A DNA stretch of 64,000 nucleotides. Origin: Spirochaetota bacterium (GTDB taxonomy: Bacteria > Spirochaetota > UBA4802 > JAFGDQ01). The translations under genes and the position numbers were made by a program. The stretch is taken from contig JAZDKB010000006.1 in NCBI GenBank assembly GCA_043803405.1, positions 1 to 64,000 of the forward strand. Direction: 5' to 3'. A model generated the notes under the pieces. The model was not told where the DNA came from and ran no database searches. It saw only the letters and a program-made list of their open reading frames with translations. Shown piece by piece: positions 10,489 through 21,201 of the stretch (within the stretch, counting starts at the first letter, position 1; the number at the start of each line of letters is the position of its first letter).

Positions 10489-12087
10489 ATGATATTACTG
10501 ATAGATAATTACGATTCATTCACTTTTAATCTGAAACAGTATTTTCTTGAGCTGAATCAGAAGGTTGATGTGATCAGGAATGATGCGATAACTATTGAGG
10601 ATATCGGGAAGATGAATCCTTCGCATATTGTGATTTCGCCCGGTCCTGGCAGGCCCGAAGATGCCGGAATAAGTATCGACATCATAAAATCTTTTTCCGG
10701 CAAGATCCCGATCCTCGGTGTATGTCTTGGGCACCAGGCGATCGGATATTTGTTCGGCGGAAAAATAGTAAACGCGGCAAAACTTATGCATGGCAAAACA
10801 AGCAAAATATTCCATGACGGAAAAGGGATTTTTTCAAATATACCCGACGGATTTACGGCTACGCGGTATCATTCACTTGTAATCGACAAAAACGGTTTTC
10901 CCGATGTTCTTGAAGTTTCGGCCAGAACCGACGACGGCGAAATTATGGGGGTGAGACATAAATACGATTTAACCGAAGGCATACAGGTTCATCCCGAATC
11001 GATATTGACTCAGGAAGGCAGACAAATTTTACAGAATTTTCTGGAGTTTAAATATATGAAAAAGTCGGACGGTATTTTAATTAAAGAAGCCATAAAATCT
11101 GTGATTGACAAAAAAGACCTTTCGGAAGATACTGCTGTAAGCGTTATGGACGAAATTATGGAGGGTGGGGCCACCGATGCCCAGATAGCTTCCTTTATTA
11201 CTGCGCTTCGTCTGAAAGGCGAGACTGTGGAGGAGATAACGGCGTTCGCGAATGTTATGCGCGAAAAGTCGGTTAAGATCCGTCCGGTTGCTGAAAATCT
11301 GGTCGATACGTGCGGGACAGGCGGCGATGAATCCGGGAGCTTTAACATTTCGACCGCAGCTGCATTTGCCGCTGCCGGCGCCGGTGTAAGAGTGGCGAAG
11401 CATGGCAACAGAAGCGTGTCGAGCAAAGCCGGAAGCGCGGACGTGCTGGAAGCTCTGAATGTGAAGATCGATCTTTCTCCGGAAGATGTTGCAAGGTGCA
11501 TTGACGAAGTAGGGCTCGGGTTCCTGTTTGCGCCCAAACTGCACCCTGCAATGAAATACGCGATAGGCCCCAGAAGGGAGATCGGCGTTCGCACTGTGTT
11601 CAATATTCTTGGGCCGCTGACTAACCCTGCGCAGGCTTCGTATCAGATCATGGGTGTTTATAACCGCGATCTTGTTGAAAAGATGGCAAATGTGCTTCAT
11701 CGTCTTGGCATTAAAAGAGGTTTTGTAGTAAGTTCGGAGGACGGACTTGATGAGGTATCGATTTCAGCATCAACTGAAGTCGCTCATATAAATGATAAAG
11801 GCGTAAGCATCAGGAAATTCAGCCCAAAGGATGTCGGCTACAGGCTGAGTAAAAAAGAAGAAATATTAGGCGGGAGCGCACTTGATAATGCTGTTATTAT
11901 CCGAAATATATTTAGCGGAATAAAAGGCCCTCAGCGCGATATAGTATGCCTTAATGCCGGATTTGCAATTGCGGCATACGGCGATGTAAGCATTAAAGAA
12001 GGCGTGAAAATGGCGGAGGAATCAATTGATTCAGGGAGGGCATTAAAAACGCTGGAGAACCTTGTGGAGTATACGAACAGTGTTTAA
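10489..12087 (+). CDS. trpD: Fused anthranilate synthase component II / anthranilate phosphoribosyltransferase (TrpGD)
   Basis: N-term [25 protein letters not shown]-term [30 protein letters not shown]. Confidence 0.93.
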   Translation: MILLIDNYDSFTFNLKQYFLELNQKVDVIRNDAITIEDIGKMNPSHIVISPGPGRPEDAGISIDIIKSFSGKIPILGVCLGHQAIGYLFGGKIVNAAKLMHGKTSKIFHDGKGIFSNIPDGFTATRYHSLVIDKNGFPDVLEVSARTDDGEIMGVRHKYDLTEGIQVHPESILTQEGRQILQNFLEFKYMKKSDGILIKEAIKSVIDKKDLSEDTAVSVMDEIMEGGATDAQIASFITALRLKGETVEEITAFANVMREKSVKIRPVAENLVDTCGTGGDESGSFNISTAAAFAAAGAGVRVAKHGNRSVSSKAGSADVLEALNVKIDLSPEDVARCIDEVGLGFLFAPKLHPAMKYAIGPRREIGVRTVFNILGPLTNPAQASYQIMGVYNRDLVEKMANVLHRLGIKRGFVVSSEDGLDEVSISASTEVAHINDKGVSIRKFSPKDVGYRLSKKEEILGGSALDNAVIIRNIFSGIKGPQRDIVCLNAGFAIAAYGDVSIKEGVKMAEESIDSGRALKTLENLVEYTNSV

Positions 12088-12096
12088 TAATTAACA

Positions 12097-13410
12097 ATGG
12101 GCATTACTCAATTTATTATTATTGTAATTATGATTTTACTGAACAGTCTTTTTGCAGGTTATGAACTCGCATTAACGACTGTTAATCTCGGCAGGATAAA
12201 ACTTTTCTCGGAACAAAAAAGAAAAGGAGCGCATTCCGCCTTATTTATGAAAACGCGGATGGGCGCCAGCCTTGCGGTTGTACAGATAGGCGTTACCCTT
12301 GTAGGCGCTATGGCAGCGGCCATCAGCGGCGCTGAAGCCGAGTACCTGCTGACATCCGCCATCGCATCTGTCTTCAGTATATCCGAATCGATTGCCAAGG
12401 CAATTGCAATTATGATAATCGTTTTACCGCTTTCAGCTGTAACGATAATTTTCGGTGAACTGGTACCCAAGACTATTGCCTTAAAAAATAATGAAAAAGT
12501 CTGTCTGCTGCTGAGCCCAATGATGCGGGCTTTTGCATTTTTAACTTATCCGTTAGTGTTTTTTTTCGAATGGTTCACGAAAGTAATTGTCGGTCTTTTT
12601 GAGCGTCGTATTCCGCATAAAATCTCCCAGCAGGAACTTGGTATTATAGAATTGCGTGCGCAGGCGCGGGCATTAAGAACCAGCAGTGTCATTGATTCGG
12701 ATCAGGAAAAGATAATAATCGGCGCGAGCAACCTGTCCAGAATAAAAGTTCTGGATATATTGATCCCAGCAAAGGATATTGTGACTCTATTTGCTGATGG
12801 GGATTTAACGGATCACATTGTTACTGTCCACCTGGAAGGCTACACGCGGTTTCCTGTTACGGAAGCCCGCTCCGATCCCCAGAAAATAATCGGTTATGTT
12901 AATATCAAGGAATTGATCTTTCTGGCAAAAACACATCCTGAAAATCCTTCATTAAGGGAAATCCTCAGACCGGCATTGTTTCTTTCGCCGGACATAGATA
13001 TCGGTGAGGCATTTTCTATTATGATTAAAGGCCATACGCATCTTGCGATTGTAAAAGATGAATCGAATAATATTCTCGGCATGATTACTATGGAAGATAT
13101 TCTGGAAGAGGTCGTCGGCGATATTCAGGACGAGTTCGACAGAATGCCCAGGTACATTAATAAGTTCGGCGGCCGTCAGTTTGTTGCCGGCGGCGGGGTG
13201 CAGATGAGTCTGCTGCTGGAGAGTTTACATCTTACAGGGCAATTGACTGATGAAATAGCCGGTATCAATTTAAGCGAATGGATAATAAGAAATAATAATA
13301 AAAAGCTTACAGGCGGTGATTATTTTACTATCGATAATATTAATATTCTAATAAGAAAAGTTCGAAGAAACCGCGTCTGGGAAGCAATTGTGTCAGTTAA
13401 GGAGAGATAG
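12097..13410 (+). CDS. Hemolysin/CNNM family (DUF21-CBS-CorC) membrane protein
   Basis: N-term TMs with ELAL, FGELVPK, YTRFPV, GMITMEDILEEVVGDIQDE. Confidence 0.88.
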   Translation: MGITQFIIIVIMILLNSLFAGYELALTTVNLGRIKLFSEQKRKGAHSALFMKTRMGASLAVVQIGVTLVGAMAAAISGAEAEYLLTSAIASVFSISESIAKAIAIMIIVLPLSAVTIIFGELVPKTIALKNNEKVCLLLSPMMRAFAFLTYPLVFFFEWFTKVIVGLFERRIPHKISQQELGIIELRAQARALRTSSVIDSDQEKIIIGASNLSRIKVLDILIPAKDIVTLFADGDLTDHIVTVHLEGYTRFPVTEARSDPQKIIGYVNIKELIFLAKTHPENPSLREILRPALFLSPDIDIGEAFSIMIKGHTHLAIVKDESNNILGMITMEDILEEVVGDIQDEFDRMPRYINKFGGRQFVAGGGVQMSLLLESLHLTGQLTDEIAGINLSEWIIRNNNKKLTGGDYFTIDNINILIRKVRRNRVWEAIVSVKER

Positions 13411-14595
13411 CCCGTTGTACAAATGCTTGTTTTTCTGGAAATAAGTCTCTCCTTTGCCTGATGCTATGTAGCATGCCCCGCCGATCCTTGCCCCGTCCGG
13501 CACTTTGCAGTTCTTCCCAATAAGCGTAAGGCTGCTGTTGAGAGCCGGGAACTCATTGTTTTTCATCTGACCGTCGCTTGTTCCAATGTTGGAGTTGTTC
13601 CCTACGTTAAGGTATCTTTCAGTTATGTTTTCTTCTTCTTTGTTTTTACCGGCAGTTTTATTAATTTCTTTTCGAATATCTGTTCTTTCATCAATAATGC
13701 TTTTTGTAATGTAAGATCCTGACCCGATTATATTGTTCGGCAGAATTATCGAATCTTTTATAAGGGTATTCTCGCCTATCTCAACTCCGGGGAAAATAAT
13801 GGAATTCATTACTGTGCCGAATATTTTGCAATTATCCGAAACTATCGAGTTTGCGACTTTTGCCTTGACTCCCAGAACCGCCATGCCTTTGTCGGTGATA
13901 AAACTTTTTATAGGCGATTTATGAAAAAGCACTGATGAAATGGATTGATTCTTAAGGATTTGCATATTTATATTGTAATAATCGGGCACGCTCTTCATCG
14001 GCCAGTAGAAAGCTTCAATAGTTTCGTTTTTGATATGACTATTAATCATCATATTTATTATCATCTCGAAGATGTTCGGCGATGTTTGCCTGCTTTTTAT
14101 CGCGCTTTTGATTACGCCAAGCAGATACTTTTGCCCTGTTACAAGAACTGTGTGAGCCATGCTTGCATGTCCTGCCAGCTTCAATTTAAACAAAGAAGCT
14201 TTTGTTTTATTGCTTTTGAATTTTTCGATTATTCTGCTGAAGTCTATTAAAGAGGGATTATCCCCATTATATATAACATAGTAAGCAGTGTTGCTGTCCA
14301 TTATAAGATGATGGCAAAAGCTGATGTCCGAGAACTCTCTTGTTACAACTTTAAGAGATGGGAAGTTGGGATTTCCGTTAATGTCGTATCTTGCGACGTA
14401 TTCTTCCAGTTCATCGTTGAAGTCATTGAAGATGATCGTTCTTCTCGCGCCTGAGTAGACCGCGTTCTGAATAGTAAAATCCACTACCCTGAACCTGCCC
14501 CCGAACGGGAGCATGTAGCGCGAGCGGGACTCAGTGAGAGAAAGCAAAGAGTCGTTTCGCGAACGCGAGTATGATATGATCGTAGTATCTTCCAT
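13393..14595 (-). CDS. Glucose-1-phosphate adenylyltransferase-like protein (GlgD-like, degenerate active site)
   Basis: LT..R...LPFGGRFRVVDF; C-terminal left-handed beta-helix (NSIIFPGVEIG..IKDSII); lacks LAGG motif. Confidence 0.75.
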   Translation of the reverse strand: MEDTTIISYSRSRNDSLLSLTESRSRYMLPFGGRFRVVDFTIQNAVYSGARRTIIFNDFNDELEEYVARYDINGNPNFPSLKVVTREFSDISFCHHLIMDSNTAYYVIYNGDNPSLIDFSRIIEKFKSNKTKASLFKLKLAGHASMAHTVLVTGQKYLLGVIKSAIKSRQTSPNIFEMIINMMINSHIKNETIEAFYWPMKSVPDYYNINMQILKNQSISSVLFHKSPIKSFITDKGMAVLGVKAKVANSIVSDNCKIFGTVMNSIIFPGVEIGENTLIKDSIILPNNIIGSGSYITKSIIDERTDIRKEINKTAGKNKEEENITERYLNVGNNSNIGTSDGQMKNNEFPALNSSLTLIGKNCKVPDGARIGGACYIASGKGETYFQKNKHLYNGLSLLN

Positions 14596-14742
14596 TTAAT
14601 TAATGCCGAAAAATATTAAATTTATTACAGCAATTTGTACTTTATACATTTTAAAATGCAATTAAAAAAGAAATGATTAGTACAATGTTAAAAATAAAAA
14701 GGCTTGCTATTTTATTATTAATTCATTCAATGTACACATAAT

Positions 14743-14865
14743 ATGGATATGGAGAATAATGTTTTGATACAATTCGGCAAAAATTTAAGCAGTATTTTAA
14801 TGCTGGTATCTTTCGTAGCAGTAGTAGTCGTCGTTATCTATTACATATACTGCTTTGCGCCCTAA
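14743..14865 (+). CDS. ilvB leader peptide (Val-rich), 40 aa
   Basis: MDMENNVLIQFGKNLSSILMLVSFVAVVVVVIYYIYCFAP*, directly upstream of a terminator and ilvB. Confidence 0.75.
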   Translation: MDMENNVLIQFGKNLSSILMLVSFVAVVVVVIYYIYCFAP

Positions 14866-14891
14866 AGATTAGCTTTTAATACAGAAAATTT

Positions 14892-14934
14892 AAAAAGCCT
14901 CCGCCGGCACAAAGCTGGCGGGGGCTTTTTTTTT
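14892..14934 (+). terminator. Attenuator terminator upstream of ilvB
   Basis: aaaaagcctccgccggc-acaaa-gctggcgggggc followed by T9. Confidence 0.88.
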
Positions 14935-15022
14935 GTTTTTTAACATGATGATTCCCTGGAAATTGTCTGATTGTTTTTTTTCTAAGGAAGAATAAATAAT
15001 TTAATATATCAGGAGGAAATAA

Positions 15023-16693
15023 ATGATATTAAGCGGAGCGGAAATCATAATAAAATATCTTGAACATGCCGGAGTTGAGATAGTAACGGGTATACCGGGC
15101 GGGGCAAATCTTCCGATATACGACTCGCTGAGCAGAAGTAAAATACGGCATATACTCGCACGACACGAACAGGGAGCCGGGTTCATTGCGCACGGCATGG
15201 CAAGGTCAACTGGTAAAACCTCGGTTTGCCTTGCATCATCCGGTCCTGGAGCTACTAATCTGCTTACCGCAATAGCTGATGCTAAACTCGATTCTGTTCC
15301 GATAATTGCGATTACAGGACAGGTACCTGCGAAACTGCTGGGAACAGACGCCTTCCAGGAAGTGGATACATGCGGGATCACCAGGTCAATAACCAAGCAT
15401 AATTATCTTGTAAAAAGCGCTGAAGAATTAGTTGAAATACTCCCGCAGGCATTCGACCTGGCAATATCCGGCAGGCCTGGCCCGGTTCTGATTGATATTC
15501 CAAAGGATGTTCAGTTAGAAAAGATTGAATTTGAAGGGTGGACCGAAAATAAAATGCGAAAAAATCTTCCTCCAATCCCTTCCATAAGAATAAAAAAAAT
15601 AGCAGAGATGATTCATAATTCAAACAGACCTGTTCTTTATATCGGCGGCGGCATAGTAAATTCCGGATCATCGGAACTTGTAAAAGAGCTTTCTCATAAA
15701 AATTCGATACCGGTTGCGTTGTCACTTATGGGACTTGGCGCATTTCCTTCGAGTGATCCCCTGTGCCTGGGTATGCTGGGCATGCATGCCGCAAGATACA
15801 CAAATCATATGCTTGACGAGGCGGACCTTATACTTGCGTTCGGAGTAAGGTTCGACGACAGGGCTACCGGCAATGTAAACGAGTTTTGCAAATATGCCCG
15901 GATAGTACACATTGATATTGACCGTGCCGAGATCAATAAAATAAAAAGCACTGCATTGCCGCTTGTTGGCAACATTCATTATGTATTAAAAGAATTAAAT
16001 CAAATTATTAATAAGGATAATAGAACCGGCTGGCTCTCGAGAATAAAGGAATTAAAAGTGAAATATTCAGTTGTTAAACCCGACAAAGGCGATCTTTGTA
16101 ATCCGGCATACCTTATAATGCGCATAGGCGAACTTGCAGACAAGGACGCAATCATTACAACCGATGTCGGTCAGCACCAGATGTGGGTTGCGCAGGTATA
16201 TCCGTTTGAATATCCAAGAAGCCTTATTACGTCGGGCGGGCTTGGAACAATGGGATTCGGCCTGCCTGCGGCTATAGGTGTTGCTCTTGCCAATCCGGGA
16301 AAATGTGTTATCAACATCAGCGGCGACGGTTCTGTATTCATGAATATTCAGGAGCTTGCAACGCTGGCTGAGCTTAATCTTAACGTAAAAATAATTATTT
16401 TTAACAACAGGCATCTGGGACTTGTGAGGCAGCAGCAGGAGATGTTTTACAACAATAATATTTATGCAAGCAGGTTCGAGTCTGATGTTGATTTTACTGA
16501 AATAGGCAGGGCATTCGGAATTAAGAGCTATAATCTCGGAGATGAAGACACGCAAAAGAATCTGTCCGGCTTGCTTTCAGGACATGGGCCTGTCCTGATT
16601 AATGCTCCTGTATTATTTAGCGAGAATGTATTGCCTATAGTTCCTCCAGGCATGGCAAACCGCGACATGATAATTGATGAGAAAAGTATGTGA
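15023..16693 (+). CDS. ilvB: Acetolactate synthase large subunit (biosynthetic)
   Basis: GIPGGANLP, ARHEQGAG, SGPGATN, TDVGQHQMW, GLGTMGFG, ThDP motif GDGS..NN; RBS AGGAGG. Confidence 0.93.
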   Translation: MILSGAEIIIKYLEHAGVEIVTGIPGGANLPIYDSLSRSKIRHILARHEQGAGFIAHGMARSTGKTSVCLASSGPGATNLLTAIADAKLDSVPIIAITGQVPAKLLGTDAFQEVDTCGITRSITKHNYLVKSAEELVEILPQAFDLAISGRPGPVLIDIPKDVQLEKIEFEGWTENKMRKNLPPIPSIRIKKIAEMIHNSNRPVLYIGGGIVNSGSSELVKELSHKNSIPVALSLMGLGAFPSSDPLCLGMLGMHAARYTNHMLDEADLILAFGVRFDDRATGNVNEFCKYARIVHIDIDRAEINKIKSTALPLVGNIHYVLKELNQIINKDNRTGWLSRIKELKVKYSVVKPDKGDLCNPAYLIMRIGELADKDAIITTDVGQHQMWVAQVYPFEYPRSLITSGGLGTMGFGLPAAIGVALANPGKCVINISGDGSVFMNIQELATLAELNLNVKIIIFNNRHLGLVRQQQEMFYNNNIYASRFESDVDFTEIGRAFGIKSYNLGDEDTQKNLSGLLSGHGPVLINAPVLFSENVLPIVPPGMANRDMIIDEKSM

Positions 16694-16733
16694 GTATCAT
16701 TCAAGTTATAATAATTTTTTTTAATCTGGGTAC

Positions 16734-16851
16734 AGGATAGATATCATAGTAATCATCAATTTTCTCGCCGCTAATGCTTACATCCTGTAAGAAGCGGCTT
16801 GCGTCGGCATCCTGCCGCCTTAAAATTGATGATTACTATGACATCTATCCT
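16734..16851. mobile_element. 118-bp MITE-like element with 30-bp terminal inverted repeats
   Basis: aggatagatatcatagtaatcatcaatttt ... aaaattgatgattactatgacatctatcct (1 mismatch), GC-rich internal hairpins. Confidence 0.7.
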
Positions 16852-16898
16852 CAACGTTATAATAATACCACGAAAAAAGCCAGATTGGTTGAGTAAAT

Positions 16899-17537
16899 TT
16901 ATGACAGATTTTTAATCATATTTTCAAGTTCATTTTTTTCTTTTTTCTTAACCAATTCTTCAACAAGCTTGTCGTCATTAATGATTTTTTTTAGTATTTC
17001 CCCTCTCTGGTGCTGTGTCAGATTTGTCATGCTTTTTAAAACAGACCTGGCTTCATTGAGTGAGGATAAGACTTCCTCAATGTTTTCCGGCAGGTTCTTC
17101 TCGAGTGAGCGTCTTAACTTCGCTGCCATTGCAGGGGATGCCCCGCTTGTCGATACTGCAAGCACAAGGCTGCCTTTTCTGCCGAATGACGGAACAAAGA
17201 ACGAGCAGTTCTCCGGATCGTCCGATGAGTTCATCAGAATTTGATTTTCTTCCGCTTCCATGAAGACAGTTTTGTTTACTTCCGGATCACCTGTAGCGGC
17301 AAAGACAATATATGCTCCGTTAATGTCGCCCTGCCTGTACTTGCGCTTGATGATCTCGATCGATCCCGGAATCTGTTTTTGCAGATCAATAATATCTTTT
17401 TGTATTTCGGGCGCAATTATCCTTATTCTCGCGCCTGCTTCCAGAAGGCTTTTTACCTTTCTGAGCGCAACGTCCCCGCCGCCGGCAATAACAGCCAGCC
17501 TGTCGTGAATATCCGCGAATATCGGGTAAAGGCCCAT
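16899..17537 (-). CDS. Precorrin-2 dehydrogenase / sirohydrochlorin ferrochelatase (SirC/CysG N-terminal type)
   Basis: YPIF, IAGGGDVALRK, AAT, NSSDDPENCSF, AVSTSGASP. Confidence 0.88.
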   Translation of the reverse strand: MGLYPIFADIHDRLAVIAGGGDVALRKVKSLLEAGARIRIIAPEIQKDIIDLQKQIPGSIEIIKRKYRQGDINGAYIVFAATGDPEVNKTVFMEAEENQILMNSSDDPENCSFFVPSFGRKGSLVLAVSTSGASPAMAAKLRRSLEKNLPENIEEVLSSLNEARSVLKSMTNLTQHQRGEILKKIINDDKLVEELVKKKEKNELENMIKNLS

Positions 17538-17538
17538 C

Positions 17539-18807
17539 TTACGCTAACTCCTCAGGGATACTGAAATTTTCTCCCTTCAAAACAAGTTCGTGCTTTTTTC
17601 TGTCAGTGAGGTCTATCTCTTCATCTGTCAGGTAACACTGCGGATCCGGAGCCCACGGGTCGCCGTACGCTCTCTGTGCCCTTACGCGCATGGCGCCTGT
17701 GCAAAGACTCCTGTATATGCACAGCCTGCATCTGCCCTTTAACTGCCCGGCTTTGTGCTTTAATCCGCACAAAAGCGAGTCGCTTTCATCCATCCATATA
17801 TCGCCGAAGTTCCTTTCTTTTACATTCCCGAACGTATAATCCTGCCAGAACTGGTCGGGATGCACATTGCCGAAAAAGTCGACGCAGCCTATCCCGACCC
17901 CGGTTGAGTTCGCACCCCCGCCGTTCCATTCCAGCATTCTGTAAACCTCGTCTGCTCTTTTGGCATTATTATTCTTCAGCTTTAAATATATGTAAACACC
18001 ATCTGCGTGATTATCCACTGTAAGAATATTTATGTCCAGTTTTCTTTCAAAGTAATCCTTTGTCCTTTCGAGTATAATATCCATTGCTCCGCGCGATTCG
18101 CTGTGTGAAAGGTCATCTTTAAAAATATTTTCACCCCTGCCTGAGTATACAAGATGATAGAAACATGCCCTGTTGATATTTTCTTTTTCAATAAAGTCAA
18201 AAATGTTATGAAGGTCCTTATAATTGCGCCTTGTAAGAGTAAGCCTTAAACCAACGCGCTGTCCGATCGACCTGCAGTTTTCAAAACCTTTCATAGCTTT
18301 TGAGAATGCTCCCTTAACTCCGCGGAAACTGTCGTTAACCTGTTCCATGCCGTCAAGGCTGATTCCTACGTAAACAATGCCTGAGTCCTTTATTCTTTTT
18401 GCGTTCTCTTTGTCAATAAGAGTTCCGTTGGTAGATATAACAGGACGTATTTCTCTTTTTGCGGCTCGTTCAATAAGCTTAAAAAGATCTTTGCGCATTA
18501 ACGGCTCGCCGCCGGAAAAGAGCAGGGAAGGGATACTGAACCGTGCCAGATCATCGATGAGTTTAAAGCCTTCGTCTGTTGTAAGTTCGTTCTCGTATTT
18601 TTTGTTCTCGGAAGCTGTGTAGCAGTGAACGCAGTTCAGGTTGCACTGCCTAGTTACGTTCCATACTACAATCGGCCTGCGTCCCCCGGCTGTCTTTTCA
18701 GTTTTGTGCGGCAAATTTCCGTGGCAGTCTGCCTGCGACTTAAGGCCGTACCGCAGGCCGTCGCCTGTTGACGTTCCTCCGCAATAAAGTTTACCTATAT
18801 CTATCAT
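17539..18807 (-). CDS. ahbC: Radical SAM/SPASM enzyme of the alternative heme pathway (12,18-didecarboxysiroheme deacetylase, AhbC/NirJ1)
   Basis: KLYCG..GDGLRYG, RPIVVWNVTRQCNLNCVHCY, CFYHLVYSGRG, TVDNHADG, HPDQFW; adjacent to a siroheme gene. Confidence 0.85.
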   Translation of the reverse strand: MIDIGKLYCGGTSTGDGLRYGLKSQADCHGNLPHKTEKTAGGRRPIVVWNVTRQCNLNCVHCYTASENKKYENELTTDEGFKLIDDLARFSIPSLLFSGGEPLMRKDLFKLIERAAKREIRPVISTNGTLIDKENAKRIKDSGIVYVGISLDGMEQVNDSFRGVKGAFSKAMKGFENCRSIGQRVGLRLTLTRRNYKDLHNIFDFIEKENINRACFYHLVYSGRGENIFKDDLSHSESRGAMDIILERTKDYFERKLDINILTVDNHADGVYIYLKLKNNNAKRADEVYRMLEWNGGGANSTGVGIGCVDFFGNVHPDQFWQDYTFGNVKERNFGDIWMDESDSLLCGLKHKAGQLKGRCRLCIYRSLCTGAMRVRAQRAYGDPWAPDPQCYLTDEEIDLTDRKKHELVLKGENFSIPEELA

Positions 18808-19075
18808 AATTATTCATATCCATAGTTAAGTGTTAATGAGCATATTCATCAATTTTGAGAATTTATAAATAAAGTTTGCAAGAAAAAAATCAGGGAAGAC
18901 ACAATGAACATACAGAAAAGAATGCAGGTGGGAATCATTCAAAGTAACAAAGAAAATAATACCATCTAATCGATTTTAGAATATCTGTCAAATTATAAAG
19001 ATATAAATGTCCTTTTATAGCTTCGAAGATTTTTCCATATCTGCCAGCTGTTGTTAATCCGTCAGCTTTAACCAG

Positions 19076-20131
19076 TCAATTGACTTCCATATCCTTAGAT
19101 TCTATCTTTTCAAGATATTCAATATTAGCTTTTAAGCTATAAATGGCTTTCTGTGCCACATCACGAACATTATGGTCTCCCTTCTTCAGTGCATATTCCA
19201 GCGGTTTTAAAGAATCCTTCGAGATTATCTGAGAAATGGCCTTTACTGCTTCAATCCGCGTATCCTGATACTTATCATCAAGCATTCTGGCTATGTAATC
19301 AATGGAGGATGGATCTTTGAATACCCCTATTGCTTTAATAGCTGCGTTCCTTACTTCTTTGTATTCGTCATGCAATGCCGTGTAAAGAAGGGGCAGTCCT
19401 TCCTTTATTTTTTCCCTGCCGATTTTATCGGCTGTATCGCGGCGCACTGCTTCTATATCGTTCATTCCTTTGATTAATAACTGAAAGCTGGAATCATGGA
19501 GAACCTTGCGGGCATAGTCCGAATCGAGGGTTGCGAGATATGATCTCGCCATTCTCTGCGCTTCTGGATCGCGGTCGGCAAGAAGCCCGATTAGGTAGTT
19601 GACGCTCCCGACTCCTTCTATTCTATAAAGGGCTTTTACAGACTGAATGCGCACCCAGTGCAGCTTGTCGCGCATGCATTCCTTTAAATTGGGTACAAAA
19701 TGCGGGTTGCCAGTAGCACCTGCTGTTTCAATGGCTTCCAGTTTAACAAGCTCGTTTTTATCTATCATTGCCAGGGCAATAGCCTGTATAATGCCCTCGT
19801 CTGCATTTCCGTTCCTGCCGGCTATTATACGCATCAAATCGATTTTTTCCTGTTGAGAGCCGTTATTAATTATCTCAAGAAGGTTATTTGCATTCGTTTC
19901 TGCGCTGCTGACGGCGAATTTCAATGTAGCTATAATCCGCACTTTCTGTGACTTGTCATTCAGCATGTTTTTAAGCATGGCAGTCACATCATCATTCAGA
20001 TCGCTTATTCCGGCAAGCGCGCTGAACGCTGCATAACGTACATCGGCGCTTCTGTGATTAAGGGATTTAGTCAGGCCGGCAATATCATTCTTCTTTTTTA
20101 ATTTTTCAATATTTGGTTTGAATATACTCAT
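19076..20131 (-). CDS. HEAT/PBS-lyase repeat protein
   Basis: Repeated L.D....VR..A..AL units; N-term FKPNIEKLKKKNDIAGL; start at ATG 20131. Confidence 0.85.
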   Translation of the reverse strand: MSIFKPNIEKLKKKNDIAGLTKSLNHRSADVRYAAFSALAGISDLNDDVTAMLKNMLNDKSQKVRIIATLKFAVSSAETNANNLLEIINNGSQQEKIDLMRIIAGRNGNADEGIIQAIALAMIDKNELVKLEAIETAGATGNPHFVPNLKECMRDKLHWVRIQSVKALYRIEGVGSVNYLIGLLADRDPEAQRMARSYLATLDSDYARKVLHDSSFQLLIKGMNDIEAVRRDTADKIGREKIKEGLPLLYTALHDEYKEVRNAAIKAIGVFKDPSSIDYIARMLDDKYQDTRIEAVKAISQIISKDSLKPLEYALKKGDHNVRDVAQKAIYSLKANIEYLEKIESKDMEVN

Positions 20132-20379
20132 TTTTTCGTCCTTGTTAAAATAAATAATATTTACAATAAATGACATTCTCTACTTAAAGTATAGATAGAA
20201 ATTCTTAATAAGTCAATTGAATTTAATCACAAATAAGGACTGCATAAAGAGGTGAGGACGTAAAGAGCGATTGCGCGGATAGATAAAAAATATTATTAAA
20301 TTAAAAATATTTTAAGTTTAAATCATCAGCGCGATGGCTTTTTTAGTAATTGCAAAAAGCGAATATCTGAGCAGGAATG

Positions 20380-21195
20380 CTATCCGAGTGCCACATCGAG
20401 AAACATCATTACTGCAAAGCCGATCATAGCTCCGACTGTGGACAGGTCAGTTTCATTGCCGGATTGGGATTCGGGTATAAGCTCTTCAACTACGACGAAT
20501 ATCATAGCTCCTGCTGCGAACGAAAGCGCATAAGGCAGCAACGGGTTAATGAGTATTACCAGAAAAGCGCCTATTACTCCGGCAACAGGTTCAACAAAAC
20601 CGGAGAGCTGTCCATACATGAATGCCTTCATTCTGGAGAAATTTTCTCGCCGCAACGGAATCGATACTGCAGCTCCTTCGGGGAAGTTCTGCAGCCCTAT
20701 GCCGAACGCAAGCGCAACAGCGCCGCCAAGCGCGGAAGGAGTTAATCCGTCGTAAAGCGAGCCGAACGCCACCCCTACGGCAAGGCCTTCAGGAATATTA
20801 TGCAGCGTTATAGCCAGTACAAGCAGAACGCTTCTCTGCCACGAGGTTTTTATTCCTTCCGCTTTGCTTCTCTCAAGTCCCATATGCAGATGCGGAAGTA
20901 TTTTATCGAGCGTAAATAAAAATGCTCCGCCGGCCAGGAAGCCGATCACGGCAGGCAGCCATGCGGTTCCGCCGTTTTTTTCATGCATTTCTATTGCCGG
21001 CAGAAGCAAAGACCAAAAGCTTGCAGCTATCATGACTCCTGCGGCAAAGCCAAGCATTGCATTCAGCACTTTTTTATTTATCGATTTAAAAAAGAAAACC
21101 ATTGCAGCGCCAAGCGCTGTCACGCTCCATGTGAAAAGTGTTGCAACAAGTGCAAGTAATATCGGGCTGTAGCTTTTAATTGATTCTATGTTCAT
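20380..21195 (-). CDS. ZIP family metal transporter (ZupT/GufA type)
   Basis: [56 protein letters not shown]. Confidence 0.92.
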   Translation of the reverse strand: MNIESIKSYSPILLALVATLFTWSVTALGAAMVFFFKSINKKVLNAMLGFAAGVMIAASFWSLLLPAIEMHEKNGGTAWLPAVIGFLAGGAFLFTLDKILPHLHMGLERSKAEGIKTSWQRSVLLVLAITLHNIPEGLAVGVAFGSLYDGLTPSALGGAVALAFGIGLQNFPEGAAVSIPLRRENFSRMKAFMYGQLSGFVEPVAGVIGAFLVILINPLLPYALSFAAGAMIFVVVEELIPESQSGNETDLSTVGAMIGFAVMMFLDVALG

Positions 21196-21201
21196 ATAGG
21201 G

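Noticed and set aside
11010..11700. Two ~200-aa minus-strand ORFs
   Set aside because: Antisense to the trpD domain, no recognisable motifs.
10489..12087. TrpG-TrpD fusion as a novelty
   Set aside because: Well-known fusion, present in E. coli among others.
20377..20745. His/Cys-rich 122-aa ORF on + strand
   Set aside because: Antisense shadow of the well-supported ZIP transporter.
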